From assembly GCA_001643675.2 (NCBI GenBank), contig LSRY02000012.1, positions 1,550,001-1,614,000 of the forward strand: DNA of 64,000 nt. Reading direction: 5' to 3'. A program made the position numbers and the translations under genes. The DNA comes from Monocercomonoides exilis PA203. Taxonomy: Eukaryota > Protista > Preaxostyla. Within the stretch, counting starts at the first letter, position 1, and every line of letters starts with the position of its first letter. The notes under the pieces are model-generated. The model saw only the letters and a list, made by a program, of their open reading frames with translations, had not been told where the DNA came from and ran no database searches. Positions 1-12,654 of the stretch are shown here, piece by piece.

Positions 1-1
1 C

Positions 2-790
2 ATCACAACTCCTGCTCCTTCATCTTCTTCTTTTCTTTGCTCAAACACACCTCTTTTGTCTTCTTCTCCCGCAGATCCTGTTCAATCTGTGTCTTCTCCT
101 TCTCCTTTTTGTTCATCATCATCATCATCTTCTTCTTCTTCTTCCTCTTCCTCTTCCTCTTCCTCTTCCTCTTCCTCTTCCTCTTCCTCTTCCTCTCTCT
201 TCCCCCTTCTCTCCCATCTACCCCCCTCCCTCTCCCTCTCTCTCCCAGCCACATCCTCTACCCGCGTCCTCTCCTCCATCATGGTGCGCAGCTGGTCCCA
301 GGAGCTGCTGATGTGGATGCTTCGATTAGGCAGCAGAGAGCAGTCGATGCGGCTGGCTTCTCCAAAATTGCCTGTCTGGCAGGCGCTGCTGAGCGGGATG
401 TGGGTCGGCTTTGAGGAAGACGAGGAGCTCCAGCTGAACTCGCTCACACACGCTGAGTTTCTGCTGAAGAAGCTGAGATTTGGGTATCTGTTTGGGAAGG
501 GGAGGCAGAGGAAGGGAAGAACAAGTGCAAGTGCAAGTGCTAGTGCTAGTGCTAGTGCAAGTGTTAGTTCAAGTGTTAGTTCAAGTTTGAACAGCAGAGG
601 AATTACCATTGAAAACACAGGGAAGTCGACGAGGCAGAGGGAGAAGAATGCAGAAGATGCGTATTTCCATTTCCTGGCTCAGTTTGAAGAGATGGGGTGT
701 TATGACGACTTGACTGCTCTGTTGCATCATGGCGACATCACATTTGTGTTGAAGGTGAAGAGACTGCAGGATTTGATTGACCGCAAATGA
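2..790 (+). CDS. 3' end of a hypothetical protein (5' part outside window), poly-Ser tracts and helical C-terminus
   Basis: Frame of ORF 56..790 is open back to position 2. Contains a (TCN)n poly-Ser tract, a SASASA repeat and C-terminus AQFEEMGCYDDLTALL. Stop TGA at 788-790 is followed by an AT-rich intergenic region. Confidence 0.75.
   Translation: MTTPAPSSSSFLCSNTPLLSSSPADPVQSVSSPSPFCSSSSSSSSSSSSSSSSSSSSSSSSSSSSLFPLLSHLPPSLSLSLPATSSTRVLSSIMVRSWSQELLMWMLRLGSREQSMRLASPKLPVWQALLSGMWVGFEEDEELQLNSLTHAEFLLKKLRFGYLFGKGRQRKGRTSASASASASASASVSSSVSSSLNSRGITIENTGKSTRQREKNAEDAYFHFLAQFEEMGCYDDLTALLHHGDITFVLKVKRLQDLIDRK
111..196 (+). repeat. Coding microsatellite (TCA)n(TCT)n(TCCTCT)n encoding poly-Ser
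   Basis: Tandem tri- and hexanucleotide repeat seen directly. It also explains the spurious RKRK/FLFL/EEEE ORFs in the other frames. Confidence 0.9.
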
Positions 791-1867
791 GAATGGAGAG
801 TGTTAATGATGTTGTTAAGTTGAAGTTTTTATTTGAAATGATTTTGAAAAGAAGAATGTGTTATGAATTGTTTGAATTTTTTGTCTTTTTGTCTTTTTGT
901 CTTTTTGTCTTTTTTTCTTTAAGAATTTCTGTATTTCTTTAGAAAACGAGTTTCACATATTCATTTTTTATCTTTTTTTATTCTTTATTTTAAAAATGAA
1001 ATTTTTCAATGTTTTATGGAGAGAAGAATATTTGCTTACATGCACATGCTCACTCACATTCACACTTACACAAAAAATTTGTCTTATTTCGATGTCTTTT
1101 GAAAGAACATTCCATTCTTTATTTTTGTATGTGTGTGTTTCATTCATACACACACATTGTTTTATACAGCTTTTTGAGCAGATGTACTTCCATATTTGTG
1201 ATGAAAATCTGGTTCTTGTTGTTGTAATTGTAAGATGAGTTTTCTTGCTGTCGTCTTTGCTTCGATGTTTCATGCCTTTTTTAACATTTTTAAATGTTCT
1301 GTTTAATTCTTGCCTTTTGTTGGATTTGTAAATTATCTTTTCATCGCCATAATTAAAAACGCTGAAAGCGAATGATGGATTGCTTTTTACTTAACAAGAG
1401 TTATATTGCATTATCAAATGCAAGCGATATGTTTCCATAAACGTCTTATATTTTTCTAACAAAAAATATCTTTGATTTCTCATCGCGTTGCAAAAAGAAA
1501 ATGAAATCAAGTTTTAATACTCCACTCTTTTCAACACTCTTTTGAAAGGTGAAAAAGGAAAAATTTGCACAAATTGAGTACAACATATTCAGGAAATATC
1601 ATTTTTTCAATTTTTTTGAAATGAATAATTATTGAAGTGAATACCCTTAACAAAATTATAAACATCAACAATTTTTAAATTATCATTTATTCAATTAGTA
1701 GAAGCTGTATGATTTTTTTATTAAAATTACATATTCAAAACTTTTTATTGCGCATGCATTTTAATAAAACTTAACATAGCAAGATTAGAAAGTGAGAGAG
1801 AAGACACTTTTTCAATTTAGATATTTCCTGACGATTTAGAAAGGAGCTTTTTATTTTAAAAAGAAAC

Positions 1868-4800
1868 ATGAATGAGAGCAGTATGAATCATCTTTCTGAT
1901 TTATATATTGAAACATTTTTCTTTTGACAAAAGACAATGAAATTGTTCCTTCTAAATCAATATCAATACACATTCCCAGATCACCAAAAAAGATAACAAC
2001 ATTTTTTGCTCCATTAGGAAGTGGAAAAACAAAAAATGATGAAAAAAGCCCGAGAACAAATCAAATTGAGAAAAGAAACTTATTGACTGCACCAGTTAAT
2101 CTGAAGAATTTATCAAAAGCACAGTTTCTGAAGAAATCAAAGAAAAAGCAAGCAAGCAACGCGATTACGTCTCACTTCAAGCCAATTGTCCGAAGTGCTC
2201 GAATAGATGTTGGACATGTCCCACGATTTTCGACAAAGACAGGAGAGCTAATTAAAAGTCAGGAAAATGAAGAAAGTCAAACCGATCAAAAACTTCAATC
2301 AACACACTCTCCAAAAAGAAAATCTTCAATAAATTCTTCACAAAAATCTGTTCCTCGACATCAACTCCCAGATTCTCCTCCATCCTTTTTCCCTATTCCT
2401 TCTTTAACAACTATCAACACATATATATTCCCAGTATCTGTTGATTCATCTTCGCAAGAATCATCGGGCTCAAACTCTTCTTCACCACAATCTTCTTTGC
2501 CAGCAATGCATCCACCATCAGCCCGCCAGCCTTCTTCATCTTCTTCATCAATCCGCCTTTACCAGCACACAATTACTCAAACATGCTTACTTTTTAACAC
2601 GCTTGTTTGCATTCCAACAGGAACGGGAAAGACATTGATTGCAGCTGTTGTATTGTTCAACTATTTGCGATGGTTTCCAACAGGCTGCGTCGTGTTCATG
2701 GCCCCAACTCGACAGCTGTTGGCACAGCAGTTTCGAAGCTGCAAGCGTATTCTTGGTGTTGGCGAGAAAGAGAGTGTGATGATGACTGGACTGACAGATC
2801 AGAGGGAGAGGGACAACGAATGGAAGCAGAAGAGGGCATTTTTTGTTACTCCTCATGTGTTTGTCAACGATATCCAAAGAGATGCTGTTAGCTGTGCAGA
2901 GCGAATTGTGTGTGTTGTGGTTGACGAAGCTCACAGAGCTCGAGGCAACCAGCCGATTGCAACGTGGGTGAATGCACTGGAGCAGCTGAGGGAGAAAAGG
3001 AAGAAGGGCGAATTGGCAAAGAGATCATTTGATGAGCACAAAGCAGAAGCAGAAAAAAAAGCAAAGCAGAGGCTGGCTGAAAGAGGGGAGATGCTCGATG
3101 ACATTGCAGATGGATTGACAGTAAACGATGATTCTATGATCGCCCTTGATGCTCTAAATCAGTTTCCTGATGCTGATGAAGCTGTAGATTTTTCTTCTTA
3201 TCGTCATTTTACGACTTCTGATCTTAATGACAAGGGATTTCGCATTATAGCGCTGTCAGCTACACCTGGAGCAGACAGAGCAGAGATCCAGCAACTGATA
3301 ACCACACTCCACATCGAGCGAATCGAATTTCGTGCGCGAAACGATCCAGAAGTGTCTCCGTTTGTGCATGCACGACGCATCGAAACAATTGGCGTATCTC
3401 TTCGCACATCTCGGCCGATCATGGAAGCGCAGAGGCTCCTGAACCAGGTGTTCTATCAGTCATTAGTGAAACTCACACGCTTTGGCACAGGAGTTGAGAC
3501 AAAGCCAGAGTACATTCGGCAACAGCAGCTGGTGATGCTCAGGCAGCGATGGAGGGAGGACATGGATGCGCAGTTCAAAATTGCGAAGAGAGCAACAATG
3601 ATATCAAACGCAAACCGTCTTCAAATGATGCATCAGAATCAGCAGCAACAAGGAACTTATCATCCACCTGCAATTGCAAGCGCTGCTCAAGTCAAAGAGA
3701 TTCAAGCCAAAAGGGCACTTGGAGAGGCTGAATTTGCAGTAGCCATTTCGCTTGCGCATGCAGAAAAGCTGCTTCAAGAACATGGCATACACTCGTGCAG
3801 GACATATCTTACAAACTATGAAGATTCCATTCTTGCTGGTTCGTTGGGTGCTGATACTGTGCTAGCATCGTCTTCGTCTTCTTTATTAACTCCTGAAGAA
3901 TTTGAGGAGCGAAGAAAACTGATAATGGCAACAAAAATACAAGGCCGAGTATCCAAAGCAAAGCAGCAGCTGATCCAAAGTGAAGAATGGAAAGAGTTGA
4001 TGAAGGCTTTGAATGTGATGGAACAGGAAAGCGTTGCCCATCCAAAGATAAGAGTGCTGGAAGAAGTTATTTTGGATCATTTTCAACGGGAGGAGGCAAA
4101 GCAGTCGTTGCAACAACGAAATAAAAACAAAAATGAAAAAACTGATTTGATTCCAAAAAGTCTTGATGAAAATTATCACAAAGGAGCGGATTTGAATCCA
4201 TCTTTGAAAGATGAACTCTCAAAAAGAAGCGAAGAATTTATTCCATTTGCGACAGATACTCCACTGAAAGATTCTTCGGCGATTTTTCCTCATTCATCAT
4301 CGTCATCATCATCTTCTTCTTCAAATCCTTTTCAGATCCATTCAAAAGATGGCTTATTAACATCAACACGAGTTATGATATTCAGTGAATATCGATCTTC
4401 TGTTGATGAGATTGTAGCTCATGTTAACCAGTTATCGCCATCTATAAAGGCAGCGGCATTTGTGGGGAAAGGCAGAGGTAAAGGAAGAGACATGACATGT
4501 CGAAGAAAAAGCAAGATACCAATTAAAAATCAAGAAAGTGGAACAGAAATGAAAAGTGACAGCACCTTCGAAGCTGAAGAAAGCGCAGCAGAAAGAGCAG
4601 AAGATTCTGCTTTGGAAGGAGACGAAGAATGCCTCGAAGATGCAGATGAATGGAGAGATGCTGCCGAAGGAGAGGAGCTACCAGACTTTCAGCTTTCTTT
4701 AAGTGCAGATGGTTCTTTGACTGGAATGACACCATCATCCTCATCAGCAGCAAAAGCACTTGATGCGCTGAATATTTTTCCTCGCTTTTCCATAACTCCT

Positions 4801-7800
4801 CAGCGTACTCCAACGACAGATAAAGACCAAGCAAGAATTATGGAACAGTTTCTAAAGGGAGAAATCAACGTAATTGTGTCAACTTCGATTGGTGAGGAAG
4901 GATTGGACATTGGCGAAGTGGATTTGTGTGTCTGCTATGATGCGCCTCCATCGATGCAGCGGATGGTTCAGCGGATCGGAAGAACAGGCCGCAAACGCGA
5001 AGGAAGGGTTGTTGTTCTGGTGACCGACAAAAGCGATAGAGGAAGCGCAGCAAGCAGTGGAAGTATATTTGACAAGAGCAGGACAAGTCTCAAAGGAGAT
5101 TCTGAGTCTGAGACAAATACAACACCAGCAAAGAGGTCGCCTTTCAAGAACGGTGAACAGTCACTTTTTGGGGAAACAGACTCATTTACGATGACGCGCG
5201 AGAATTCAGAGCTGATGGCAAGACTCATCAAAACAGGACTTTTAAGCAGCAACTCCTCAAATGTGATGGAAAGGCAGGAAATGAAAGTGAGGCAAATGAA
5301 TGCACTTCTGTCTGAGGCAAGTGTTGCATCTGGTAGTTCTCTGTCTTCGATGGATTTCACAATAGGAGGAAGAGCAAGTGGAGGTATATCATTTGATGGA
5401 TCAACATCTTCACTCGAAAAGATATCCACCTTGTCAATGCAGCAGATGGTTGACAAAGACAGAGAAAGAAAGGAGAGAGAGAAAGAACTGAGGGAGCTGC
5501 AAAATGAGATGATTGTGAGAAGCAATGTGGGAAAAGGCGGGAGTAACGCTGAAGGAGACGATGAGAAAATGGAACCGAACGGAGCATTGAAACAGATAAG
5601 AGGAGAGTCATCAGATAAGAAGAGTGTGGGAAGAATGCACGGCTGGGTGTTTTTTTCAGGCAAAAACGAGCTAATTCCAGTTGTTCCGCAGGTGAAGTTT
5701 GTGAGAGTTGAAGTGAGTGAGGAGGAAATGAATGAAGAGGCAGAGCTGAGCGAGAAGGAGATTCTGGAAGAAGAAGAAGCAGAAAAGAAGAAAAAGAAGA
5801 AGAAACAGCTGAAAATGAAGAAGGAACAGGATGAAAGCAAACGAGAGAAAAGAGAAAGAGAAAAGATGCAGCAAAAAGCAGACAGAGCACGAAAAAAGAA
5901 AGAAAGAGAAGAACTGGAGCTGCTGATGAAGGCAGGGGTGATCAAAAACAATGGAAGAGGAAAATCTGCTGCAGAGCTGGCAAAAGCATATGGGCTGAAG
6001 AGCAGCGAAAAGAAAGAGAAAGAACCCAAACAGCCGAAAAATGAGGAGAAGAAAAAGAAAAGAAAATCAAAAAAAGCAGAAGGGAATTTGGATGCTGAAG
6101 AAGAGAAAGAGGATGGGGCAGCTTCTAATTTGAAAGAAATAAGCGAAGAAAAAAAGGAAGAAATTCAGAAAGCCTTTCAGATGATTGGAGTTGAGATTGA
6201 CGGAAATGACTTTGATGAAGATACATTTTTGGATGTGAAAGAAGACAGCAAAAGCAATTTATTTTCTATAAAAGACGATGACCTACTCGAAAACAGTGTT
6301 TTTGAAGATTTTGAAAAACAGTCTCGTTCTTCGTTTTTGAAAGGAGCGATTGAAGAAAAAGGTAAAGAAAGCACTTTTGCTTCGAAATTTCTGTCTGTTC
6401 TGAATGTTGCGCATTATCCATTTCGCACATATAAACTCGAACCATCGCTTTTTGATTCATGTGTGACAAAGCTTAAAGAAGCAGATGATGTTGGATATTT
6501 TCTAAACAGTCCTTCTCAAAATGAAGAAGCGCATGAATCTTCGCTTTCTCGCAACGTTCAGTTGTTTCGTGATTGCTTCTATTTGTCTCGGCATCCGGAA
6601 GAATCAGCTGTTCACATTCCTCAAAAGCTAACTTCATTTTACTCGAAACTTACAAACACAAAAGAAGGCAAAACTGAATATGAATTTGATGACAAAGAAA
6701 AAAAATATGAAGAAAAAGAGGAATCGATGAGAAATGACGATTTTAATGACGTTGACTTTGCAGATTTTTTGGATCATAATGATGCTGATGATCCTACTGC
6801 ATTTGATGGAGAGAGAGCAGATGATGTTGCGTTTGAAAAAGAGAAAGAGAAAGAACAAGAACAAGAAGTGAAAGTGAAGAAGAAGAAGAAAAGAAAGAAA
6901 ACAAAGCCTCAAATAGTGTTTGATGACATTGCATCAATTGCTTCTCAGATGACTCAGCCACACTCGCCCATTCTCAATCGTTCAACCTCTGCTTCATCAT
7001 CTCCCTTTTCCACTCCAATTAAAAAGCACTCGATGATGATGCATTCTCCATACAGAAGTCACTTGTCTCCTTGGATTAAGCGTCCGCCTCTCTCTTCTCA
7101 TCTCCATCTGCCTTTCAGCCAAGGCTTGTCTTCGCAGCTGATAAATTCCTATTCTCAAAGCTCTCATTTGTCGTATGAACAGAAAGCAGCAATGTCGATG
7201 GCTGTTCATCGCACAAATTCTGATTCAAAATCAGTCAAAACACCAAAAAAACGAAAGAAGAAGAGGAAGAAGTTGGAACTAGAAAAAGACGATTTCGATT
7301 CTCCAGCAAAGCCAAAGAGTCAGAAAGAGTCAACAATTGAAGGTGATCACATGAAAGAAAACGAAATCCAAGATTTCCTTCAACAGATTTCTGAAACAGC
7401 ACCAAAAAATACACAAAGTCAGTCTTTAGTCAAAAGACATAATTCTGAATCATCGAAGCAAATGCATACTTTGGACGAGTACAGTCAATCGCTCTCTTCT
7501 CCTTCTCCAACATGGTCGCAGCTGAAGCAAAGGGAGCCCTTGTCTCGTCCGCTTTATGGTCTTGGAATTGCCTCTCCAACAGCCGAAGAGGTGAAAGAGA
7601 CTGAACTCATTCTACAGTCTATTCACATCGATGAAATATTCAAAGTTCCACTTGATCCCGATGAACTGAATGATGATGAACTTGAAGAAAATTTGAATGG
7701 AGGAAATGAAATTGATGAAAAAGATAGTTCGTTTGTTGAAAGGGAAGCAATTGAAATTACGGATGACTTTGATGAAGAGGCTGCAGCAAAGATGTTGGAT

Positions 7801-10407
7801 GACAACAACGAAACAGCAAGTAATATTAAACTTAAACAGGAAGAAAACAATTGTAATGAGCTTCGGGACAATCAAAATTCTTCTGTTGAATCAAACACCA
7901 CTTTGTCTCAAGCTTCTCAAAAGTTGGCTTTGCTTTCAATTGGCGAACAGTCCACTCTTTTTCCTTCAGCAGAAAAGCTTATTCATCAAATCTCTTCCAC
8001 TGCACATGAGGAATCACAAGACACATCTCAACATCCAATTAATCAAGAATCAACATCTTTTGATTCTCAAACTGCAGCTTTTGATCCATCGGCCACGCCA
8101 ACAGTTACAAACAGGCATCTTTCTCTTTTGGTGCCAGAAAAAGTTCGTCTTTCCCAGAACTTACTGCACCGTTCTCAAGATAATACTTCGATATTTGATC
8201 AGTTTAATTTTCCTTCTCGTTCAGCAATTAAGAATTCACAGCCAAACTCCAATATCGCATTTGAAGCAGACACGTTGGAATCTCTTCCGTTTGTCGAAAG
8301 CGAGAAAACAGTCACTTCGGTGAATGAGAGAGGCAAAGTTAAGCAGAATTTGGAGTCTCAAGAAGAAATGATGCTCGATGATGAAAAGTCGCAAACCACT
8401 CGACTTTCGCAAATAGAGCGAATAAACAACAGAAAAACAGAAAAGTCGAAGCCTGTTTTTGCAGTTGTTGCAAATACAACTGAAACTGAGTCGGAATTAA
8501 AAGAGAAGCCAAAGACTACGATATCAGAAGAAAATACATGCAACAGTCTGCTTGAAAGCGGAGTAACAGAAATTGGAAATTCAAATATTTCCATTTCGGA
8601 TGAGACTCTTAGCCCTCTAAATAAATTCTTTGAGATACAAAAAACGAAGCAGGAAGCAGAAACAACATTTTCTGGTTTGAGGAAATTGGAGAATGAAGGC
8701 GGAAGCCACTATATGAGCAACGAAGGAACAAGGCAAAGCTTTGTGCAAATCAGCAAGAGATTCGAAAGAGGAGAGAATTTCAGAGAAAAAGAGAAAGACA
8801 CTTTATCACATGTTTCTTCTCAAAGTGATACAAAAATGCAAGACACGCCTGCTTCTCAGGAAATTCCTTTTTTAAGTGGGGAAAAAGAGAGCATACAAAA
8901 AGAGATTGTTCCAAAAGAAATGAAAGCTTATGAACAGCCGAACAATACTTCACAACATACGCAATCAAATCTAGAAGGAAACGCTTTTGTTGGTCCTTAT
9001 GTATTCCCTTCTGATACAGAAGAAGGCAATGCATTATTTGAGCAACGCCAAACCCAACTTCCGGATTTCGATGAGTTTGAGCCATTTCGAAGCACAACTG
9101 GGCAATATGAAATATCGACGTCTCAACATTCAGTTCCGCGCTCACAAACAACCACGCCGAGTATTGAAACGCCAGCCACATCACAACAGTCTCATCAAAA
9201 AGTCAAAGCTGAAGAAACTAATGCTACTAAAAAGCTTCCACACCAACCGCTGTCCTCGCTTCAAAAACTTCACTTGCTCTCCAAAAACAAAGTAAGCCAT
9301 GGAATTGCCTCTTCTTCTGCTATTTCTCTTTCTCCAGCTCGTTCAACTTCTCCATGTATTTCTCCATCTGGCTCTCCACCTATTCCTCCACCTGTTCCTC
9401 CACCTGTTCCTCCATCTATTCGCCAACCTATTTCTCCTCCTATCTCTTTGCCTGCTCCATCTTCATCTTCTGTTGCTGCTTCTGTCATTTCTCCTATCTC
9501 TTCTCCTTCTATTTCGCCTTCTTCTCCTCTTCAAATGCCAACTGTGACCGCAAATTATTTGCGAGTTCGCAGAAATCTTCTTCGCATTTCATCTGACGAG
9601 CAGCTCTCTCAAGCAGTCAAGCTTGTTGATCCGATGAATCGAAGCCAAGACAAAGAAGAAGCAGAGCAAATTCTCACACAACAAATTCAGTCTGATTCGC
9701 CAACAGTTCTATCTCCATTATCTTATTCTCAGCAACCAGCTGTTGAATCTCCGTTGCCTCTCAACGAAAAAGAATATGTCCAAAAACAAAAACAGCAGAA
9801 TGAACAGGAAAATGTTGCTAATGTCAATTTTAGACGCCTTCGACGTTGCGCCTCTCTACTTGGGTCTCAGCTATTAACACAAAACTTTGCTACTCATGCT
9901 GATATTTCCAAAGAAGAGCAAGTTATAAACAAGAAATCGAATGAAACTCGAGAAAAAGAACATCAGATTGGAGCATTGCGAACTCATGAAGGTCTTCTTA
10001 CGGATGAATCAGAAGCATCACAAGCTCAGGAAAAAGATGAAGAAATAAGTGAAGAAAATGTAGATCAATTTGGAATCGTGAAATTTAAAAAGCGAACAAA
10101 CATCACAAACGGCATTGATGAGCAAGAAAGAAAGAGAAAGAAAGAAAGAAAAAAGAAGATCAGAAGTGCATATTTTGAAGATGAATGCGAAGAAACATCG
10201 GCTGAAGATTCTGAAGATGAAAGAAGACGTGAAAAGGAACGGAAAAGAAAAAGGAAATTGAAGAAAATGAAAAAAAGAGAAAGAGAAGAGCGCAGAAAAT
10301 TAGGCCTTGAAGTCGAATCTTCAACTCATTCATCTGAAGAAAGTGAAGCAGGTGAAGATGATTCAGAGTCTGAAGATGGAAGCAATCGAAAGAGAAGAAC
10401 AACATCA

Positions 10408-10440
<33 letters not shown>

Positions 10441-12654
10441 CTTAGCGATGAATCAAATGACACAAATCTTTCGGGTTTCATCGTTTCAGAAACAAATATT
10501 GGATCTGCTCCAGTTGAAGACAACGGAGAAAGTGCTGAAAATGAAGAAATGCCTACGCAGTCACCACTTGCGCTGCACAGAAGGCTGTTTCTGAATCAAG
10601 TTCTTGATTCGCCACACAGAAAGCGAACTGACATCTCTCCGAAGCGCTCTGCGTTGTCGCCTTATTCTTCGTTCAGAAGAAGAAAAGCGAATGAACCAAA
10701 CTTTTTATCGTTCATTCCATCAACTCAAGCAATTATGGAGTACAAGCAACAAGACGAAGCTCAAAGGCGGTTGAGGAAAATGAAGGAACGGGAAAAGCGC
10801 TTGCAGAGAAAGAAAGATAGAGAAAGCAGAAAAAAGACAGATCATCATTCAACTTCAGAATTACGAGTTGATAAACATCAAGATAATTCAGAGTCGAATG
10901 AATACGCCAAATCAATGAAAAGTTCAAATGAAAATGATAGTAGAATAAATAATACTCTAAAACTTAATTCGGAAGGCATCTTTGTTTCAAAGTTGGATGC
11001 CGGAAATGAAATTGAAAGTGAACATGGCATTTTAACACGAAATCAAAAGAAGCGTTTGAAAGGAGAAAGTGTGAGTGACAGTGAGCAAGTGGAGATATCT
11101 TTGATGGAAATGCTTTACGACGAGTCTGATGAAAGTTCGTCTGACGCGGAGGAAGAAAATGATGATGCCGAAGGTGAGGAGACAGAAGTGAGCGATTTGG
11201 TTGATAAATCGTTGCTATCGCCTGAAGAAGAAGACGATGACGACGAAAACGAAAAAGGAATAGAGAACTATTCACAACAGTGCGAATTGGATGAAATAGA
11301 AGAAGACGCAATAGATGAATTATCAACATTTTCGTCAGACGAAGAAAAGGTTAAGTGTCCAAAGTTGAAGAAAAATAAAATTTCAAATGTATCGAAGTTA
11401 CAACGTTATGCAGGCCTACGACAAAAGCTTCAGCAATCATCAAATTCAAAGGAAACGAAAGAAAATGCAAGTGAAATGTGCAATTCCAGTTCACGAAGCA
11501 TTGCAGGTGAAAGCAATGAGAGTATAACAAGTTATCCAATTGAACAACATTCTGTAATTGCAGGAAAAAATCTGATAAATCACTCTGAATTAAAAGATAT
11601 TAATAAGCCAACGAACATACTTAGTACCCTTTCAAGGTTAAACAAAAAACATAATTCCGAAGATAAGCTGCCAAGCTTGGAAGCAGCTCCAAATGATGAG
11701 ATAGCAAAAACTGAAGGCAAACAAACGCTTTCCAAAGTTAACTCTTTATCTCTCGTTTCCCTTCAACCTCCAAACAACCAGCCATCAGTATCTTTCAAAC
11801 CAAAAATGTCCATCAAACAAGCAATAGCTGCATTAGCTAAGAAGAAACAAAACAATCCACAAGAAGTCGCAAATTCTTCTCAATTTGTTACTCACACTAC
11901 TCATACGAATGCCTTGACAAGTATTTCAAATCAGGTCATTGCGCAAGATGCAACAAAATTGAAACAAACCTCATCCGCTCAGATAAAATCAGTTGAACAT
12001 GCATCTGGAATGCAAGATTTTCCTTCCTTGACAAATACTGATAGATCTGGTGAAATTAGAAACGAAGGATTGAATTCGGAAAAGTTAATAACTTTGAATG
12101 CTACAAACGGAATGAAAGGGCAAGTTGGCAAACATTTGCAGAATTCATGGCTTCAACAAAATCAGTTTAGCGAAAATAAAATGTCATCTCTTCAGCAAAA
12201 AATGTCAAATCAATTCCAAACAGCCTTTGTTCCCCAAAAAAGGTTGCTTTCACCTCCAATTTCAATTAACTCTTATTCGCGTATTTCACCAGATAAATGC
12301 ATTTCGGGCTTGTTCAATCAAAAAGAAACAAATGTTGCTTCTCATTCATCAAACGATGTTAATATCACTGAGAAATTTACTCTTTTGGAAAAATCTGATG
12401 AAGCATCAAAATCGACTGGTAGCAGTTCTTCAATCAACACTGTTCTCGATCAATTTCATCCAACTAGATCAACTCCAACTGCAACAATTTCGTTATCTTC
12501 TAATTCATTCATAATACAGAAACCTTCAGTACAACAGAATACACCTAAACCAAAGTCAAGTTTGCTGCTTAAAATACGTCAACAAAAGCAAAAGCAGCAG
12601 AAACTGACTTCTGCGATACAACCAAATATGGATACTTCAAAATCATTGACTTGA
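1868..12654 (+). CDS. FANCM: FANCM/Mph1-family DEAH-box helicase/translocase with a very long low-complexity C-terminus; predicted exons 1868-1880 and 1934-12654
   Basis: Q-motif region IRLYQ, motif I IPTGTGKT, Ia FMAPTRQL, II VVVDEAHRA, III LSATPG, HPK, IV VMIFSEYR, V STSIGEEGLDIGEVD, VI QRIGRTGR. ATG1868-AAT-GAG-AGC-A|GTATGA...AAAG|AC joins in frame (53-nt intron) and replaces the TTG start of the ORF track. Confidence 0.92.

Noticed and set aside
3-618. Overlapping ORFs with RKRK, FLFL or poly-E runs
   Set aside because: Alternative-frame readings of the poly-Ser microsatellite.
4968-6029. 353-aa antisense ORF inside FANCM, and similar antisense ORFs inside the other large genes
   Set aside because: Shadow ORFs from the Glu/Lys/Ser codon bias of the sense gene; no independent motifs.
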